From positions 1,977-65,976 of the forward strand of contig JBAZXE010000003.1 in NCBI GenBank assembly GCA_041659985.1: 64,000 bases of DNA, read 5' to 3'. The DNA comes from Thermoplasmatota archaeon (lineage in GTDB: Archaea > Thermoplasmatota > E2 > JACPAO01 > JAHFTW01). The translations under genes and the position numbers were made by a program. Of the stretch, positions 25,920-35,193 are shown piece after piece. The notes under the pieces were generated by a model. That model saw nothing but the letters and a program-made list of their open reading frames with translations, did no database searches and was not told where the DNA came from. Position 1 is the stretch's first letter. Each line of letters begins with the position of its first letter.

Positions 25920-26738
25920 CTACGAGCCGACAGCGGGGGGGCCAAGCCACCGGCCGAAGACGAGGAACCCGGTGTGCCCGAGGCCCTCGAAGGAGGGGCG
26001 GCTGCCGCGCTCCTTGACTTCCCAGCCGCGCTCGATGAGCTCGAGCTGGCGGACGGCGGCGAAGCCGGACGCGGTGAGGGTTCGGCTGGTCTCCTCCATC
26101 TGCGAGACCTGCGGCGTGTAGCAGGCAATGGTGGCCCCCGGCGCCAACGTGGGCAGGAGGTGGGGGATGGCCCTCCACGGTTCCGGTTGGTCGAGGACGA
26201 CGGCGTCGAACGGCCCGCGAATGGCGGCGGCGAGGCCCTGGGTCAAGTCGCCGACATGGACTTCGAGGCGGGCGCCGAGGCCGGCCTTCACGACGTTGGC
26301 GCGGCCCCACTCGGCGAACTCGTCGCGCAGCTCTTGCACGACGATTTGGCCGGCCGCGCCGACGGCCCAGCACAACGGGATGGTGAGCCCGGCCGACCCG
26401 ATGCCCGATTCAAGGACGCGCGAACCCGGCCCGATGCCCAGTTCGAAGAGGATGCGGCTGGCGTCCTTGGGGAGGATGACCTGCGCCTTGCGGGCGATGG
26501 TCGCCGTCAAGTCGGCCAACGTCGGGCGCAGAAGGGCCAGGTCCTTGTCGCCGATGCGCACGCGGGTGCCCCAGGGCTGGCCGACCCAGCGGTCGGGGTC
26601 GAGGATGCCGAGGCCCTTGTGCTTGCGCGTCCCGGTGCCGTCGAGGACAAGGAGGTGGCGTTCGCCGGTGTTGACCTCGAAGGCGAGGACGCGATCGGCC
26701 TTGCCGATGGTCGCGGCCGCGGGCGCCTGGGCGTTCAT
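25920..26738 (-). CDS. trmI: tRNA (adenine-N1)-methyltransferase TrmI/Gcd14 family
   Basis: 272 aa. SAM motif VLESGIGSAGLT, DLTQ...FDAVVLDQPEPW, typical TrmI layout. Start overlaps the prefoldin stop (ATGA). Confidence 0.8.
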   Translation of the reverse strand: MNAQAPAAATIGKADRVLAFEVNTGERHLLVLDGTGTRKHKGLGILDPDRWVGQPWGTRVRIGDKDLALLRPTLADLTATIARKAQVILPKDASRILFELGIGPGSRVLESGIGSAGLTIPLCWAVGAAGQIVVQELRDEFAEWGRANVVKAGLGARLEVHVGDLTQGLAAAIRGPFDAVVLDQPEPWRAIPHLLPTLAPGATIACYTPQVSQMEETSRTLTASGFAAVRQLELIERGWEVKERGSRPSFEGLGHTGFLVFGRWLGPPAVGS

Positions 26739-27085
26739 TGCTTGAGCGCGCCCTGGAGTTTCTGCTGCAGCGCCGTCAGCGATTCCTTGAGGGACGCCTC
26801 CTGCTTCTGCAGACGGGCGATGCGGATCTCGAGGGTCTCCTGGTCGTCCTTGAGGCGGTCGACGGCCGTCTTCTTGCCCGGTTCTTTGACGAGGAAGGCT
26901 CCGACGCTGCGGTAGACGGGGGCGTCGTCCGCGATGGAGTCGAGCGCCTGGAGCGCCTGCTCGCCTTCGGCCTTCATGGCCTCGAACTGCGCCCGCTGCT
27001 GCGCCGTGGCTTGCAGCTGCTGGTTCTGCTGCTGCAGTTGCGCCAGCTGCTGCTGCATCGCGGGTGTCAGGGTCGGTTCGGCCAT
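26735..27085 (-). CDS. pfdB: Prefoldin beta subunit
   Basis: ATG 27085 inside track ORF 26735..27511. 116 aa: coiled coil, beta hairpin (PVYRSVGAFLVKEP), coiled coil. Confidence 0.75.
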   Translation of the reverse strand: MAEPTLTPAMQQQLAQLQQQNQQLQATAQQRAQFEAMKAEGEQALQALDSIADDAPVYRSVGAFLVKEPGKKTAVDRLKDDQETLEIRIARLQKQEASLKESLTALQQKLQGALKQ

Positions 27086-27244
27086 GGCGCGGCCACCCGG
27101 GGCTCCCACTTCAAGATGGCGGGGCGACGGGACAGCGGGCGCCCGGCGGCTCGTCGAACGGGAAGGACCGGCCGCTGCTGCTTTTATGCAGGGTTCTGCA
27201 TCGACAATGACCTCCGAGCCCCGCTCGGCGGCCCGGAAACCCCG

Positions 27245-28132
27245 ATGGCGCGAATCCACGTCGAGAAGGTCACCAAGTCCCTGGCGGGGCGGGCCATCCT
27301 CGATGGAGTCGACCTTACGGCCGGACCGGGCGACATCGTGGCTCTCATCGGCCCCTCCGGTTGTGGTAAGACCACGCTGTTGCGCACCATCCTCGGCGAG
27401 GTCCGTCCCGATTCCGGCCGGATCATCCTGGACGGGCAGGACGTTACGCACATACGCGTCGAGAAACGCCGCGTCTCCATCGTTTACCAGGACTACGCGC
27501 TCTTTCCCCACATGACCGTCGCGGAGAACGTCGGTTACGGCCTGCGCATCCGCCGCTGGTCACGGGCCAAGCAGAAGCGCCGCATCGATGAGCTGCTGGC
27601 CATGGTGCACCTCGAGGACCAGCGCGACAAGTACCCCCGCAATCTCTCCGGAGGCCAGCAGCAGCGCGTCGCCATCGCCCGGGCCCTGGCCGTCGAACCG
27701 CGCATCCTCCTCCTCGACGAGGCGTTCACCGCCCTAGACACGGTCACGCGCACGGAACTGGTCGCGCAGGTCCGGGACATCATCAAGCGCCTCAAGGTCA
27801 CGACCATCATGGTGACGCATGACCAGGAGGAGGCGTTTCTCTTCGCCAAGCAGGTCATCGTGCTCAACGAGGGCAAGGTTGTCGTCTCCGGCCGGCCCGA
27901 GATGGTCATGAAACACAAGCACCCGTTCGTGCAGGACTTCGTCAAGATGGTGCTGTTCCAACGCGTCAAGGTGCAGAAGGATGCGGCGGGCAAGCGCTAC
28001 GTCCAGATTGAAGGTGGAGCCAAGATCCCACTCGCCCTCACCGGCGTGCGCGAGGGCGACGAGGTCCACATCATGGTCAAGAAAGGACCGGAACGCGAAA
28101 GCGTGGAGGTGTGGCCGATTGAATCCCTCTAG
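27245..28132 (+). CDS. ABC transporter ATP-binding protein (CysA/PotA/FbpC-like with C-terminal TOBE-like domain)
   Basis: ATG 27245 inside track ORF 26738..28132. Walker A GPSGCGKT, signature LSGGQQQRV, Walker B LLLDEAF, H-loop VTHD. Confidence 0.9.
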   Translation: MARIHVEKVTKSLAGRAILDGVDLTAGPGDIVALIGPSGCGKTTLLRTILGEVRPDSGRIILDGQDVTHIRVEKRRVSIVYQDYALFPHMTVAENVGYGLRIRRWSRAKQKRRIDELLAMVHLEDQRDKYPRNLSGGQQQRVAIARALAVEPRILLLDEAFTALDTVTRTELVAQVRDIIKRLKVTTIMVTHDQEEAFLFAKQVIVLNEGKVVVSGRPEMVMKHKHPFVQDFVKMVLFQRVKVQKDAAGKRYVQIEGGAKIPLALTGVREGDEVHIMVKKGPERESVEVWPIESL

Positions 28133-29093
28133 GCTGTTCTTGCCGCTTGGGGTGCTGGCCTTCGCGTTGGCCACGGTGGCGGCGGGACTCGACCTGCGCC
28201 ACGTGGAGAAGGAGACCGTCGTCGTCTACGCCACACCGGCACTGCAGGAGTTCCTAGAGCGGGTCGTGCTGCCGGAATTCCGCCGCGACACCGGTTTCGA
28301 CGTCGTCCCCGTCTACATGACGGCGTCGGAAGAGTACTACCGCGTGCGCCTGGCCCCGCAGCGACCCGAGGCCGACGTGTTCGTGCACGCCTCGCCCCTG
28401 TTTCTGGAGAAGGGCTACGCCTCGGGCATCATCGAACCGATGGACGCCGACGTGGACCTGGGCGCCGGCAACCAAAGCCGAGCCGTGCCGGGCGGGGCCA
28501 TCTGGCATGCCTTCGCCTGGAGCCCGCTCGTCGCCGTGCACCGTCCCGGCGACGGCCCCGTCGACCTGGGTTCCGATGGCGGAAGCTTCGGCTTCGCCCA
28601 TCCGCAGTTGTCCAACAACGGCGTCTACAATGTCCTGTTCCTCGAGGCCCTCGATCCCGCGATTGGCCAGGCCGTCCTCGGCAGAACCGTCGTCCAGCCG
28701 GTGAACGCCCGGGCCACCATCGGGGGCGTGGCGGAGGGTTCCTACGACTTCACCCTCGGGTACGAAGCCGTGGGACGGTACTACCAGGGCCGAGGCGCCC
28801 GAATCGACATGAGCGTCCCTGTGGTGGCGGGTGAACCGGTGACGACGCCGGTGCTGTTCAGCGTCGCCTTGGTACGAAACCACCCGCACGAGGCCGCAGC
28901 AGACTTCGTCCGGACGTTCTTCCAACCGGAGGTTCAGGCCCAGTTGGCTGATTCGCATTTCCGCCCCATCCTGGCCGGGTTCCCGCAACCGTCCGACGCC
29001 CTCGACGTCTCCGAGGCGCGTGTCGTGCAATACGACTGGTCGAAGTGGGATGCGCTGGAATCCAAGCTTCCGTCCTACGAGGTGAACCGGTGA
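28119..29093 (+). CDS. ABC transporter substrate-binding protein (family-1 type, substrate unknown)
   Basis: TTG 28119 inside track ORF 27981..29093. N-terminal anchor helix (LFLPLGVLAFALATVAAG), then VVVYATPALQEF...F..DTGFDVV...ADVFVHASP, typical of iron/thiamine/oxyanion-type binding proteins. Confidence 0.65.
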   Translation: MNPSRLFLPLGVLAFALATVAAGLDLRHVEKETVVVYATPALQEFLERVVLPEFRRDTGFDVVPVYMTASEEYYRVRLAPQRPEADVFVHASPLFLEKGYASGIIEPMDADVDLGAGNQSRAVPGGAIWHAFAWSPLVAVHRPGDGPVDLGSDGGSFGFAHPQLSNNGVYNVLFLEALDPAIGQAVLGRTVVQPVNARATIGGVAEGSYDFTLGYEAVGRYYQGRGARIDMSVPVVAGEPVTTPVLFSVALVRNHPHEAAADFVRTFFQPEVQAQLADSHFRPILAGFPQPSDALDVSEARVVQYDWSKWDALESKLPSYEVNR

Positions 29094-29120
29094 CCCCGGG
29101 AGGTGGACCGGTGACCCCGG
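29079..29120. repeat. Tandem 21-bp duplication spanning a gene junction
   Basis: GAGGTGAACCGGTGACCCCGG (29079-29099) is followed directly by GAGGTGGACCGGTGACCCCGG (29100-29120), with 1 mismatch. The first copy contains the SBP stop and the overlapping GTG of the permease. Confidence 0.85.
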
Positions 29121-30073
29121 CGACCACAGCGACCACGGCGGGGCGGCCACGCAAAGGCCCCGCGGCAGGGGCTCCCAAACCCGCGCTTCCGCCCCACGAT
29201 GAGCGAACCGCCACCTGGACCGACGTCTGGGGGCGCATCACCAAGTCGATGTGGACCGTGGTCGTGTGGGGGCTCTTCCTCATCGTGGTCCTTGGCCCCC
29301 TCCTCACCGTCCTTCTCTTCAGCCTCACCCCCTCGGTGTTCGAAGGCATCCGTCCGTCCACCCTGCAATGGTATCGGGCCATTCTCTCCGACCCGGTGCT
29401 CTACTATCCCCTCGTCCGCAGTTTCGAGATTGCCTTCTTGGTGGTGGCCTGCCAACTCGTGTTCGGGACGCTCGTCGCCTACGCCATCGTGCGCCGCAAG
29501 GTGTTTGGCCCCGGGCTCATGGATGCGATGAGCAACCTCACCATCGCGCTCCCGTCCGTCGTCATCGGCCTTGCTTTGCTGTCGTTCTACAGTCCGTATG
29601 GCCCATTCTCGGCCCTCGCCGACCTGGTGTACGGGCACCCGTTGTCGCTGACGTTCACGATGTGGATCGTCGTACTGGCCCACGTCCTCGAGACCTTCCC
29701 GTACATGGTGCGCACCGTGGGTTCCGTCCTCTCGCAGGTGCCGCGCAACTTGGAATCCGCAGCCCACAGCCTCGGCGCAGGGCGCTTCACCGTCTTCCGC
29801 ACCGTCCTGCTGCCGCAACTCAAACATAGCCTGCTGGCCGGCTCCGTCCTGGTCTTCAGCCGCAGCCTAGCCGAGTTCGGGGCCACCATCGTCGTGGTCT
29901 CCGCCGCGCTGAAGACCGCGCCGACGCAGATCTACTCTCAGGAAAGCGCGGGAAACCTGGAACTCGCAGCGGCCTATTCGGTCATCCTGATGCTGGCCTC
30001 GCTCATCATCTACCTGGCCTTGCGCCGGGCTGCCGCCAAGGGTCTTGCCGGCATTGAAATGCAAGCAGGATGA
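29090..30073 (+). CDS. ABC transporter permease
   Basis: GTG 29090 overlaps the SBP stop (GTGA); a duplicated GTG lies at 29111. Six TM helices and an EAA-loop-like ESAAHSLGAGRFTVFRTVLLP. Confidence 0.8.
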   Translation: MTPGGGPVTPATTATTAGRPRKGPAAGAPKPALPPHDERTATWTDVWGRITKSMWTVVVWGLFLIVVLGPLLTVLLFSLTPSVFEGIRPSTLQWYRAILSDPVLYYPLVRSFEIAFLVVACQLVFGTLVAYAIVRRKVFGPGLMDAMSNLTIALPSVVIGLALLSFYSPYGPFSALADLVYGHPLSLTFTMWIVVLAHVLETFPYMVRTVGSVLSQVPRNLESAAHSLGAGRFTVFRTVLLPQLKHSLLAGSVLVFSRSLAEFGATIVVVSAALKTAPTQIYSQESAGNLELAAAYSVILMLASLIIYLALRRAAAKGLAGIEMQAG

Positions 30074-30147
30074 AACAGAAGCCGAACCGGACCGGACGAC
30101 GGGGCAATCACCACTCAGGTTAAGACGGAGGACGTCGGCCTTCGACC

Positions 30148-30843
30148 ATGACCAAGCTCCTTGCACTGTTTGCTTTCGGACTCCTGCTGCTAGCGGGTTG
30201 CTCGTCCTCGCCCGGCCCCGCCCCATCGTCCGCGATGCCCTCACACACGTTCAGTGTGACCGGGGACAATCGCATCGAACCGGCCGTCTTCACCGACACC
30301 TTGCACCTGCTGGCTTTCCCGGACACCACGCCGGCGATTCCAGAGGCCTACGACGACCTGCGCCTTCCGATCCCCGGCACCGCGGACATCGCGGCCTCCG
30401 GCACCACAGGCAACGCTGCTATGCACGAATGGCGGCTGCACCTGGGCGAAGACCTCCAAGGCGTCGTGGGGACGGCGACGTTCTGGGTTGATGTGCGCGG
30501 TAGCATTCTCAACAACCCCAACCCGCTGGTCGACCACTGCTTCTGGGAATTCCGTTTCCTGACTGGCGACGTGAACACGGGGGAGTCGCACTTTGCGCCG
30601 TGTGGAAAAGAGAATGCCACAATTGCCCAGGGCGTGCGCCCGATCACCTTCACCTTCGATCTGCCGGCCGCGTCCGTGCCCGCGGGCCAGGACCTGCGCT
30701 TCGAGCTCTACACACAGGATTTCGGCCGCGCCCCCGGGGCCACCGTCGACCTACTGACAGGCTCGGTCGCCCACGACAGCCGCGTCCAGCTCATCGGCCT
30801 GCGCCTGCCCCTCGACACAGGGGTTCTTTTGGCCACCACGTAG
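30148..30843 (+). CDS. Lipoprotein, unknown function
   Basis: MTKLLALFAFGLLLLAGC lipobox; 231 aa, beta-rich. Confidence 0.6.
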   Translation: MTKLLALFAFGLLLLAGCSSSPGPAPSSAMPSHTFSVTGDNRIEPAVFTDTLHLLAFPDTTPAIPEAYDDLRLPIPGTADIAASGTTGNAAMHEWRLHLGEDLQGVVGTATFWVDVRGSILNNPNPLVDHCFWEFRFLTGDVNTGESHFAPCGKENATIAQGVRPITFTFDLPAASVPAGQDLRFELYTQDFGRAPGATVDLLTGSVAHDSRVQLIGLRLPLDTGVLLATT

Positions 30844-30899
30844 CGGGCCCCGGCAGCCCTTAAGACCCTGAACCTGTTCGATGCGGCAGTGAACTGTCC

Positions 30900-31589
30900 A
30901 TGGGAATGACGGAGCTTCTGTTCCAAGTCGAGCTGCCCGACTGGCCGGTGGCGACCTTCACGCGCCAAGTGAAGGATTCGCGCGTCATCATGAACCACAT
31001 CCGGTTCGACGAGGACCACTTCCCCACGCGCAACATCTTCACGGTCCTGGCCGACCCCGAGGAGACCACGAAGGTCCTCGAACTGATGCGCCAGATGTAC
31101 ACGAACATCCAGGTCCTCCGCCAGGACCCACAAGCCCTCTCCGTCCTCGTCGAGCCGGCGCCGGACAAGATGAAGTTCCTCAAGGCGCCGTTCACGGCTG
31201 CTCTGCGCGCCCTCGGCCCCGACCGCATCCTGCGCCCCATCATCATCCGCGACGGTTGGATGACCGTCAGCATCATCACCGCCGCCAAGGTGGAAATCGG
31301 CGACATCATCCGCACGGCGGGCGAGTCGTTCAAGAAGGCGGGGCTCAACATGAAGCTCATCCGCTGGGGCGAGTACAAGCCCGAGGACCACCCCATCGGT
31401 GACTACGAGGAGAAGCTCACGCCCAAGCAAGTTGAGATTGTCAAGATGGGGCTCGCGCTGGGATTCTACGACAATCCGCGCCGCTGCAATCTCGAGGCGC
31501 TGGCCAACGTCTTCGGGATCAGCAAAGCTGCCGCGCACAACCGGTTGAAGAGCGCGGAACGAAAGATTCTCACGAGCTACTTCTCCTAG
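30900..31589 (+). CDS. HTH_10 (bacterio-opsin-activator C-terminal type) transcriptional regulator
   Basis: C-terminus LTPKQVEIVKMGLALGFYDNPRRCNLEALANVFGISKAAAHNRLKSAERKIL is the archaeal Bat-type HTH. N-terminal domain unassigned. Confidence 0.7.
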   Translation: MGMTELLFQVELPDWPVATFTRQVKDSRVIMNHIRFDEDHFPTRNIFTVLADPEETTKVLELMRQMYTNIQVLRQDPQALSVLVEPAPDKMKFLKAPFTAALRALGPDRILRPIIIRDGWMTVSIITAAKVEIGDIIRTAGESFKKAGLNMKLIRWGEYKPEDHPIGDYEEKLTPKQVEIVKMGLALGFYDNPRRCNLEALANVFGISKAAAHNRLKSAERKILTSYFS

Positions 31590-31601
31590 GGGGGAACGAA
31601 C

Positions 31602-32642
31602 TTGCGATTGTCGTTGCCGTTCATTGTTTGTTGCCTCCTGACGGGTTGCCTTTCGGTCAAGCCTGCCGTCATTTGCTCATCGACCGCAGGGTCGATTGGC
31701 TGGCACCAACCCGCGATGTTCGAGGCGCTCCAGTCAACGCCAGATTCAACCAAAATCTTGCCTTCCGAGGGGACGTGGTTCCCAACAGACCTTCAGTGGC
31801 GGCCGTTCCTTGCCTTCGACGCACCTCGGGACTTTGAAGATGCTCGGCTCTACGAAATCCACTGGCGAGGCCCTAACGGTTCCTGGAAAGACTACGAAGC
31901 GGAACCTCTAGGTTTCTATCTCCGCAACAATGCAATCAGCGCCTATTTGCCTCCGGGGACGGCACGGGACATTGTGGAGCCCGCCCTTGAAGAATTCGCA
32001 GAGGCCGTGCTAGTCATCGACTTCGATGCGCCTGACGGCCACGAGTTGGCCGATTGGGAAGGCCTTCGCGAGAGGTTTTTCGAGGACACCGGCGGGTGGA
32101 GCTACTACGCCGACTCCTTGTCGCCTTTTTTCGGCGTCGATTGGTACCAGGCAGTGGTCCACCGCCAAAGGGAATTGCGAATCTCTGCGCTGTTCGAATC
32201 GCTAGAACCAAGCCTCCAGGAAGCCCAGCCAATTCTGGAGTACCCAAATCACATCCGCCTTTCTGACGGTAATTGGGATTTCGATTTCGCCGTCCCATCT
32301 GTGGCAGCGGCCGAGCGCCAAAACGTGACCGTAGCCACTTGGCTCGGGCCCACTTCCGCCTACATGACCTGGAGTATCCAGGCGAATGAGATGGGCCACG
32401 TCGCATTCAGGTTCTCACTGTTCAATGACGTGAATATGACTGGAGCTCCCTTCGCCTTGATGTCCCCGAAGGAATGGAAGGCCATCGCTGCCACAGCCCT
32501 TGAAGAAGCGGGGTTGCCTCGTCCAGACTTCAATCAATTGTGGGTGGATCCCCGGGCGGGATGCGCTGAAGAGACTGCAAGGAATCTGTACCATCCTCAA
32601 GTACGGGAAAACCCCAATCTCTTGCCAGCAAGTGCCCGCTAG
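31602..32642 (+). CDS. Lipoprotein, unknown function (compositionally atypical)
   Basis: TTG 31602. MRLSLPFIVCCLLTGC lipobox. Sampled lines give ~52-53% G+C versus ~65-70% in the flanks. Confidence 0.55.
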   Translation: MRLSLPFIVCCLLTGCLSVKPAVICSSTAGSIGWHQPAMFEALQSTPDSTKILPSEGTWFPTDLQWRPFLAFDAPRDFEDARLYEIHWRGPNGSWKDYEAEPLGFYLRNNAISAYLPPGTARDIVEPALEEFAEAVLVIDFDAPDGHELADWEGLRERFFEDTGGWSYYADSLSPFFGVDWYQAVVHRQRELRISALFESLEPSLQEAQPILEYPNHIRLSDGNWDFDFAVPSVAAAERQNVTVATWLGPTSAYMTWSIQANEMGHVAFRFSLFNDVNMTGAPFALMSPKEWKAIAATALEEAGLPRPDFNQLWVDPRAGCAEETARNLYHPQVRENPNLLPASAR

Positions 32643-32972
32643 TACCACACCTGGACGGGCCTGGGCTCGTGGCGCTCGACTAGCTAGCGGCCGGCCTGCG
32701 CGGGAGGGGTCGCATGGGCCGGTTGCCTGTCCGGCGTTCCTGCGCGGTCTCGGTGACCGCCGTGACTTCAAGACCCGTCCCATTGGCGCGCGCCGTCAAA
32801 GCAACGCCGGGTCTTTGTAGGCGGGTGCAGAGTGTAACCTGTGTCCGGCCACACGCCGCAAGGCGCCGGTCGACGGCCCGCAACAACGGGGCGCCCGGTA
32901 GCCGCTGCGCGGCCGCTCACCCCGGTCGGGTGGCAGGTCGTGCCAACGCGGCGCCGGGCCGTATCGCCCGTC

Positions 32973-33584
32973 ATGGCTTTCGCAGCCCTCCATCTTCTGT
33001 TGGCGCTCATCGTCCTGGGTGCCCAGTACGATGCTGCATATCGCAGCCTGGACCGGCGCGAACCGAACGAGGACGCCGCGCGAACGCTGCACATCGGGGT
33101 CATCGTGACGGGCGCCGCACTCTTGGGGGCTGGCGCCTTCCTCTCGAGACACGTGAGCCCATGGGTCGGAGCCGCGGCCCTGCCGGGGATCCCTCTCGGG
33201 CTGGCCCTCTTCCAGATGTCGCGGACCTACTCGCACACCGATTGCTGGAACGGATTCTGGTGGTCGGGTTGTACGTCAGAGGGTGCGGCCCTTCCCGCGA
33301 TCCATGCTGTGTTCGGCTGGCTTGCGTTCGGCGCGCTCTTAGCGGCTTTGGTCTGCCGGCTTGGCATCGGTCCTAGGGCGTCGGCCGCTGCCCTACTTGG
33401 CTGTGGGCTGGCCGTGGCGTCGGCCTTCACGGTCGCATCCATCAACCTCTTGCTCAACCTGGGCGAGGAGGCGGCGAAGGCGGCCGAGGCGAACGAGCCG
33501 ATCATCCACGACACACCAGGGCTCGGTCCCGTGCTCGTCGGGCTTGGGCTGGTCGCAGCCGTCGCGTTCCGCCGACGGGCGTAG
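32973..33584 (+). CDS. Polytopic membrane protein with PGF-CTERM-like C-terminal anchor
   Basis: ATG 32973 inside track ORF 32841..33584. Several TM helices; the end TPGLGPVLVGLGLVAAVAFRRRA resembles an archaeosortase-type sorting signal. Confidence 0.5.
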   Translation: MAFAALHLLLALIVLGAQYDAAYRSLDRREPNEDAARTLHIGVIVTGAALLGAGAFLSRHVSPWVGAAALPGIPLGLALFQMSRTYSHTDCWNGFWWSGCTSEGAALPAIHAVFGWLAFGALLAALVCRLGIGPRASAAALLGCGLAVASAFTVASINLLLNLGEEAAKAAEANEPIIHDTPGLGPVLVGLGLVAAVAFRRRA

Positions 33585-33603
33585 CGCCCTCGGGTAAGCC
33601 GCG

Positions 33604-35193
33604 TCAGCGCGCCGAGCGGATGACCACCGGGTCGGCCAGGTGCTGTGCCACGGAGTTCGCGTAGTACTGCACGAGGTCCCACAAGATTGGGTGCGTGCGG
33701 AACAGTCCGTCGGCTCCCTCGAACAGGAGTCCCCGCCGTCCCATCACGTCGAGCGCTCGGCCGAGGAGTTCCTCGAGGTCGTCCGTCTCGGACAGCGTGA
33801 GGTGCACGACATCGAGTTCGTGTCGGCCTTCGGCGCGTTCCAGGCGCTTGCGTTCCTCTTCGCGCTTGGCGTATGGGTCGCCGGTGAAGAACGGCGCCTT
33901 GGCGGCTTCGAGGCGGTCGATGGCGCCGCGCAAGGCGAACAAGAGGTCGCCGCGCGGCACGCCGGCACTGAGGCGTTCGGCGCCCAGGTCGACCATGGCC
34001 GTGGCGACGGCGGCGACCGGAGTCACTGGGATGGCGCGGCCGATGCGGCGCAGCAGATCCTCGGCGAACGGGCGCAGGACTGCCTGTCGGGCGTGGCGGT
34101 CGTCCTCGCGTAGAAACTTGGGGTGTTTGGCGGACCAGTCGTCGAAAGAGACGGGTTCCCCGAAGTGGATGGCGCAGACGCCGTGCTTCTTCAGGCGCTT
34201 GGCGAGGAAGCGGCCGATGTTGGCGGGCACGCCGATGAACGCGCGGCCGACCAAGGTAAGGAGTCGCTTGGCTTTTTTCGCAGGGCCGCGACGGCGCAGC
34301 GGGTGGTCGCCGGCCAGCGTCTCTCGCACGAGAACCTCGTCCTCCAATACACGGTCGAAGTTGATTCCGACGGGCAGAAAGACGAGGGGCTTGGTGAACG
34401 CCGGGTCCTTCTTGGCGCGCCCCATGTGGTCGAGGAGGCCGAGTTTCACGGGGCGCAGTTTGCCGTCGCGGCTGAGTCCGCCTTCCGGGAACATTGCCTG
34501 CGTAACGCCTTGCTTGGTGACGAGTTGCAGGTACGATTCCAGGGTGCGGTGGTAGAGGGGGTCCTTCTCGCCACGCCGCACGAAGTAGGAGCCGAACGAC
34601 TTGAACAGGCCCTCCAGGGGCCAGACGCGCGCCCATTCGCCGACGGCGTAGGAGACCTGCACCGACTTGGAGAGCATGAAGCCGGTGACGACGAAGTCGG
34701 CGTTGCTGCGGTGGTTGGAGACGAGGACGACGGCGGCGTTGGGCGGCACCTTCGCCATGGCGGCGTCGAGGCTGGCCTTGTCGAGGCGGACGTTGTACAG
34801 GGCGTACGCGAAGATGCGAGCGAGGCGGTAGCCGACGCGGTAGTAGGCCAGGAGGTTGAACTGCGGGACAATCTCGTCGAGCCAGGCCCGGACCTGGGAT
34901 TGCACTTCAGCAAACGGCTTGTTCTGCTCGCGGGCCCGTTCCGCCATCGCCTCGACCAGACCGGGGTCCGACAGCACCATCTCCTTGACGACGACGCGGT
35001 GCGTGTGGCGGAACGGGTCGGTCGGGATGCGGTGGCTGCGCAGGAAGGCATCGACGCGGCGTTCCTGCCGGCCGCGCCACCATCCGGCAAGGAAGGAGCG
35101 CACGAGTTCGTACAGCAGGACGGCCGCGAGCGCGATGAGCGCCACCTGAAGCCAGTCGCCGGTCGTCCAGGCCAACGCCCTCCCCACCCCCAC
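33604..35193 (-). CDS. PlsB/GPAT-family glycerol-3-phosphate (or DHAP) acyltransferase-like protein
   Basis: 529 aa with an N-terminal TM. Acyltransferase blocks I-IV: VSNHRSNADF (HX4D), SYFVRRGEKD, FPEGGLSRDGKL, VFLPVGINFDRVLE. Confidence 0.7.
   Translation of the reverse strand: MGVGRALAWTTGDWLQVALIALAAVLLYELVRSFLAGWWRGRQERRVDAFLRSHRIPTDPFRHTHRVVVKEMVLSDPGLVEAMAERAREQNKPFAEVQSQVRAWLDEIVPQFNLLAYYRVGYRLARIFAYALYNVRLDKASLDAAMAKVPPNAAVVLVSNHRSNADFVVTGFMLSKSVQVSYAVGEWARVWPLEGLFKSFGSYFVRRGEKDPLYHRTLESYLQLVTKQGVTQAMFPEGGLSRDGKLRPVKLGLLDHMGRAKKDPAFTKPLVFLPVGINFDRVLEDEVLVRETLAGDHPLRRRGPAKKAKRLLTLVGRAFIGVPANIGRFLAKRLKKHGVCAIHFGEPVSFDDWSAKHPKFLREDDRHARQAVLRPFAEDLLRRIGRAIPVTPVAAVATAMVDLGAERLSAGVPRGDLLFALRGAIDRLEAAKAPFFTGDPYAKREEERKRLERAEGRHELDVVHLTLSETDDLEELLGRALDVMGRRGLLFEGADGLFRTHPILWDLVQYYANSVAQHLADPVVIRSAR

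Noticed and set aside
32643-32972. Possible SRP RNA or RNase P RNA in the 330-bp gap (contains a UGUAAC-like AGTGTAACC and a GGTGAC).
   Set aside because: Neither strand shows the helix-8 signature (GGUCAGGUCCGGAAGGAAGCAGCC-like, GNAR loop) of SRP RNA or the RNase P CR-I GAGGAAAGUCC-type motif. It is kept only as a low-interest unexplained region.
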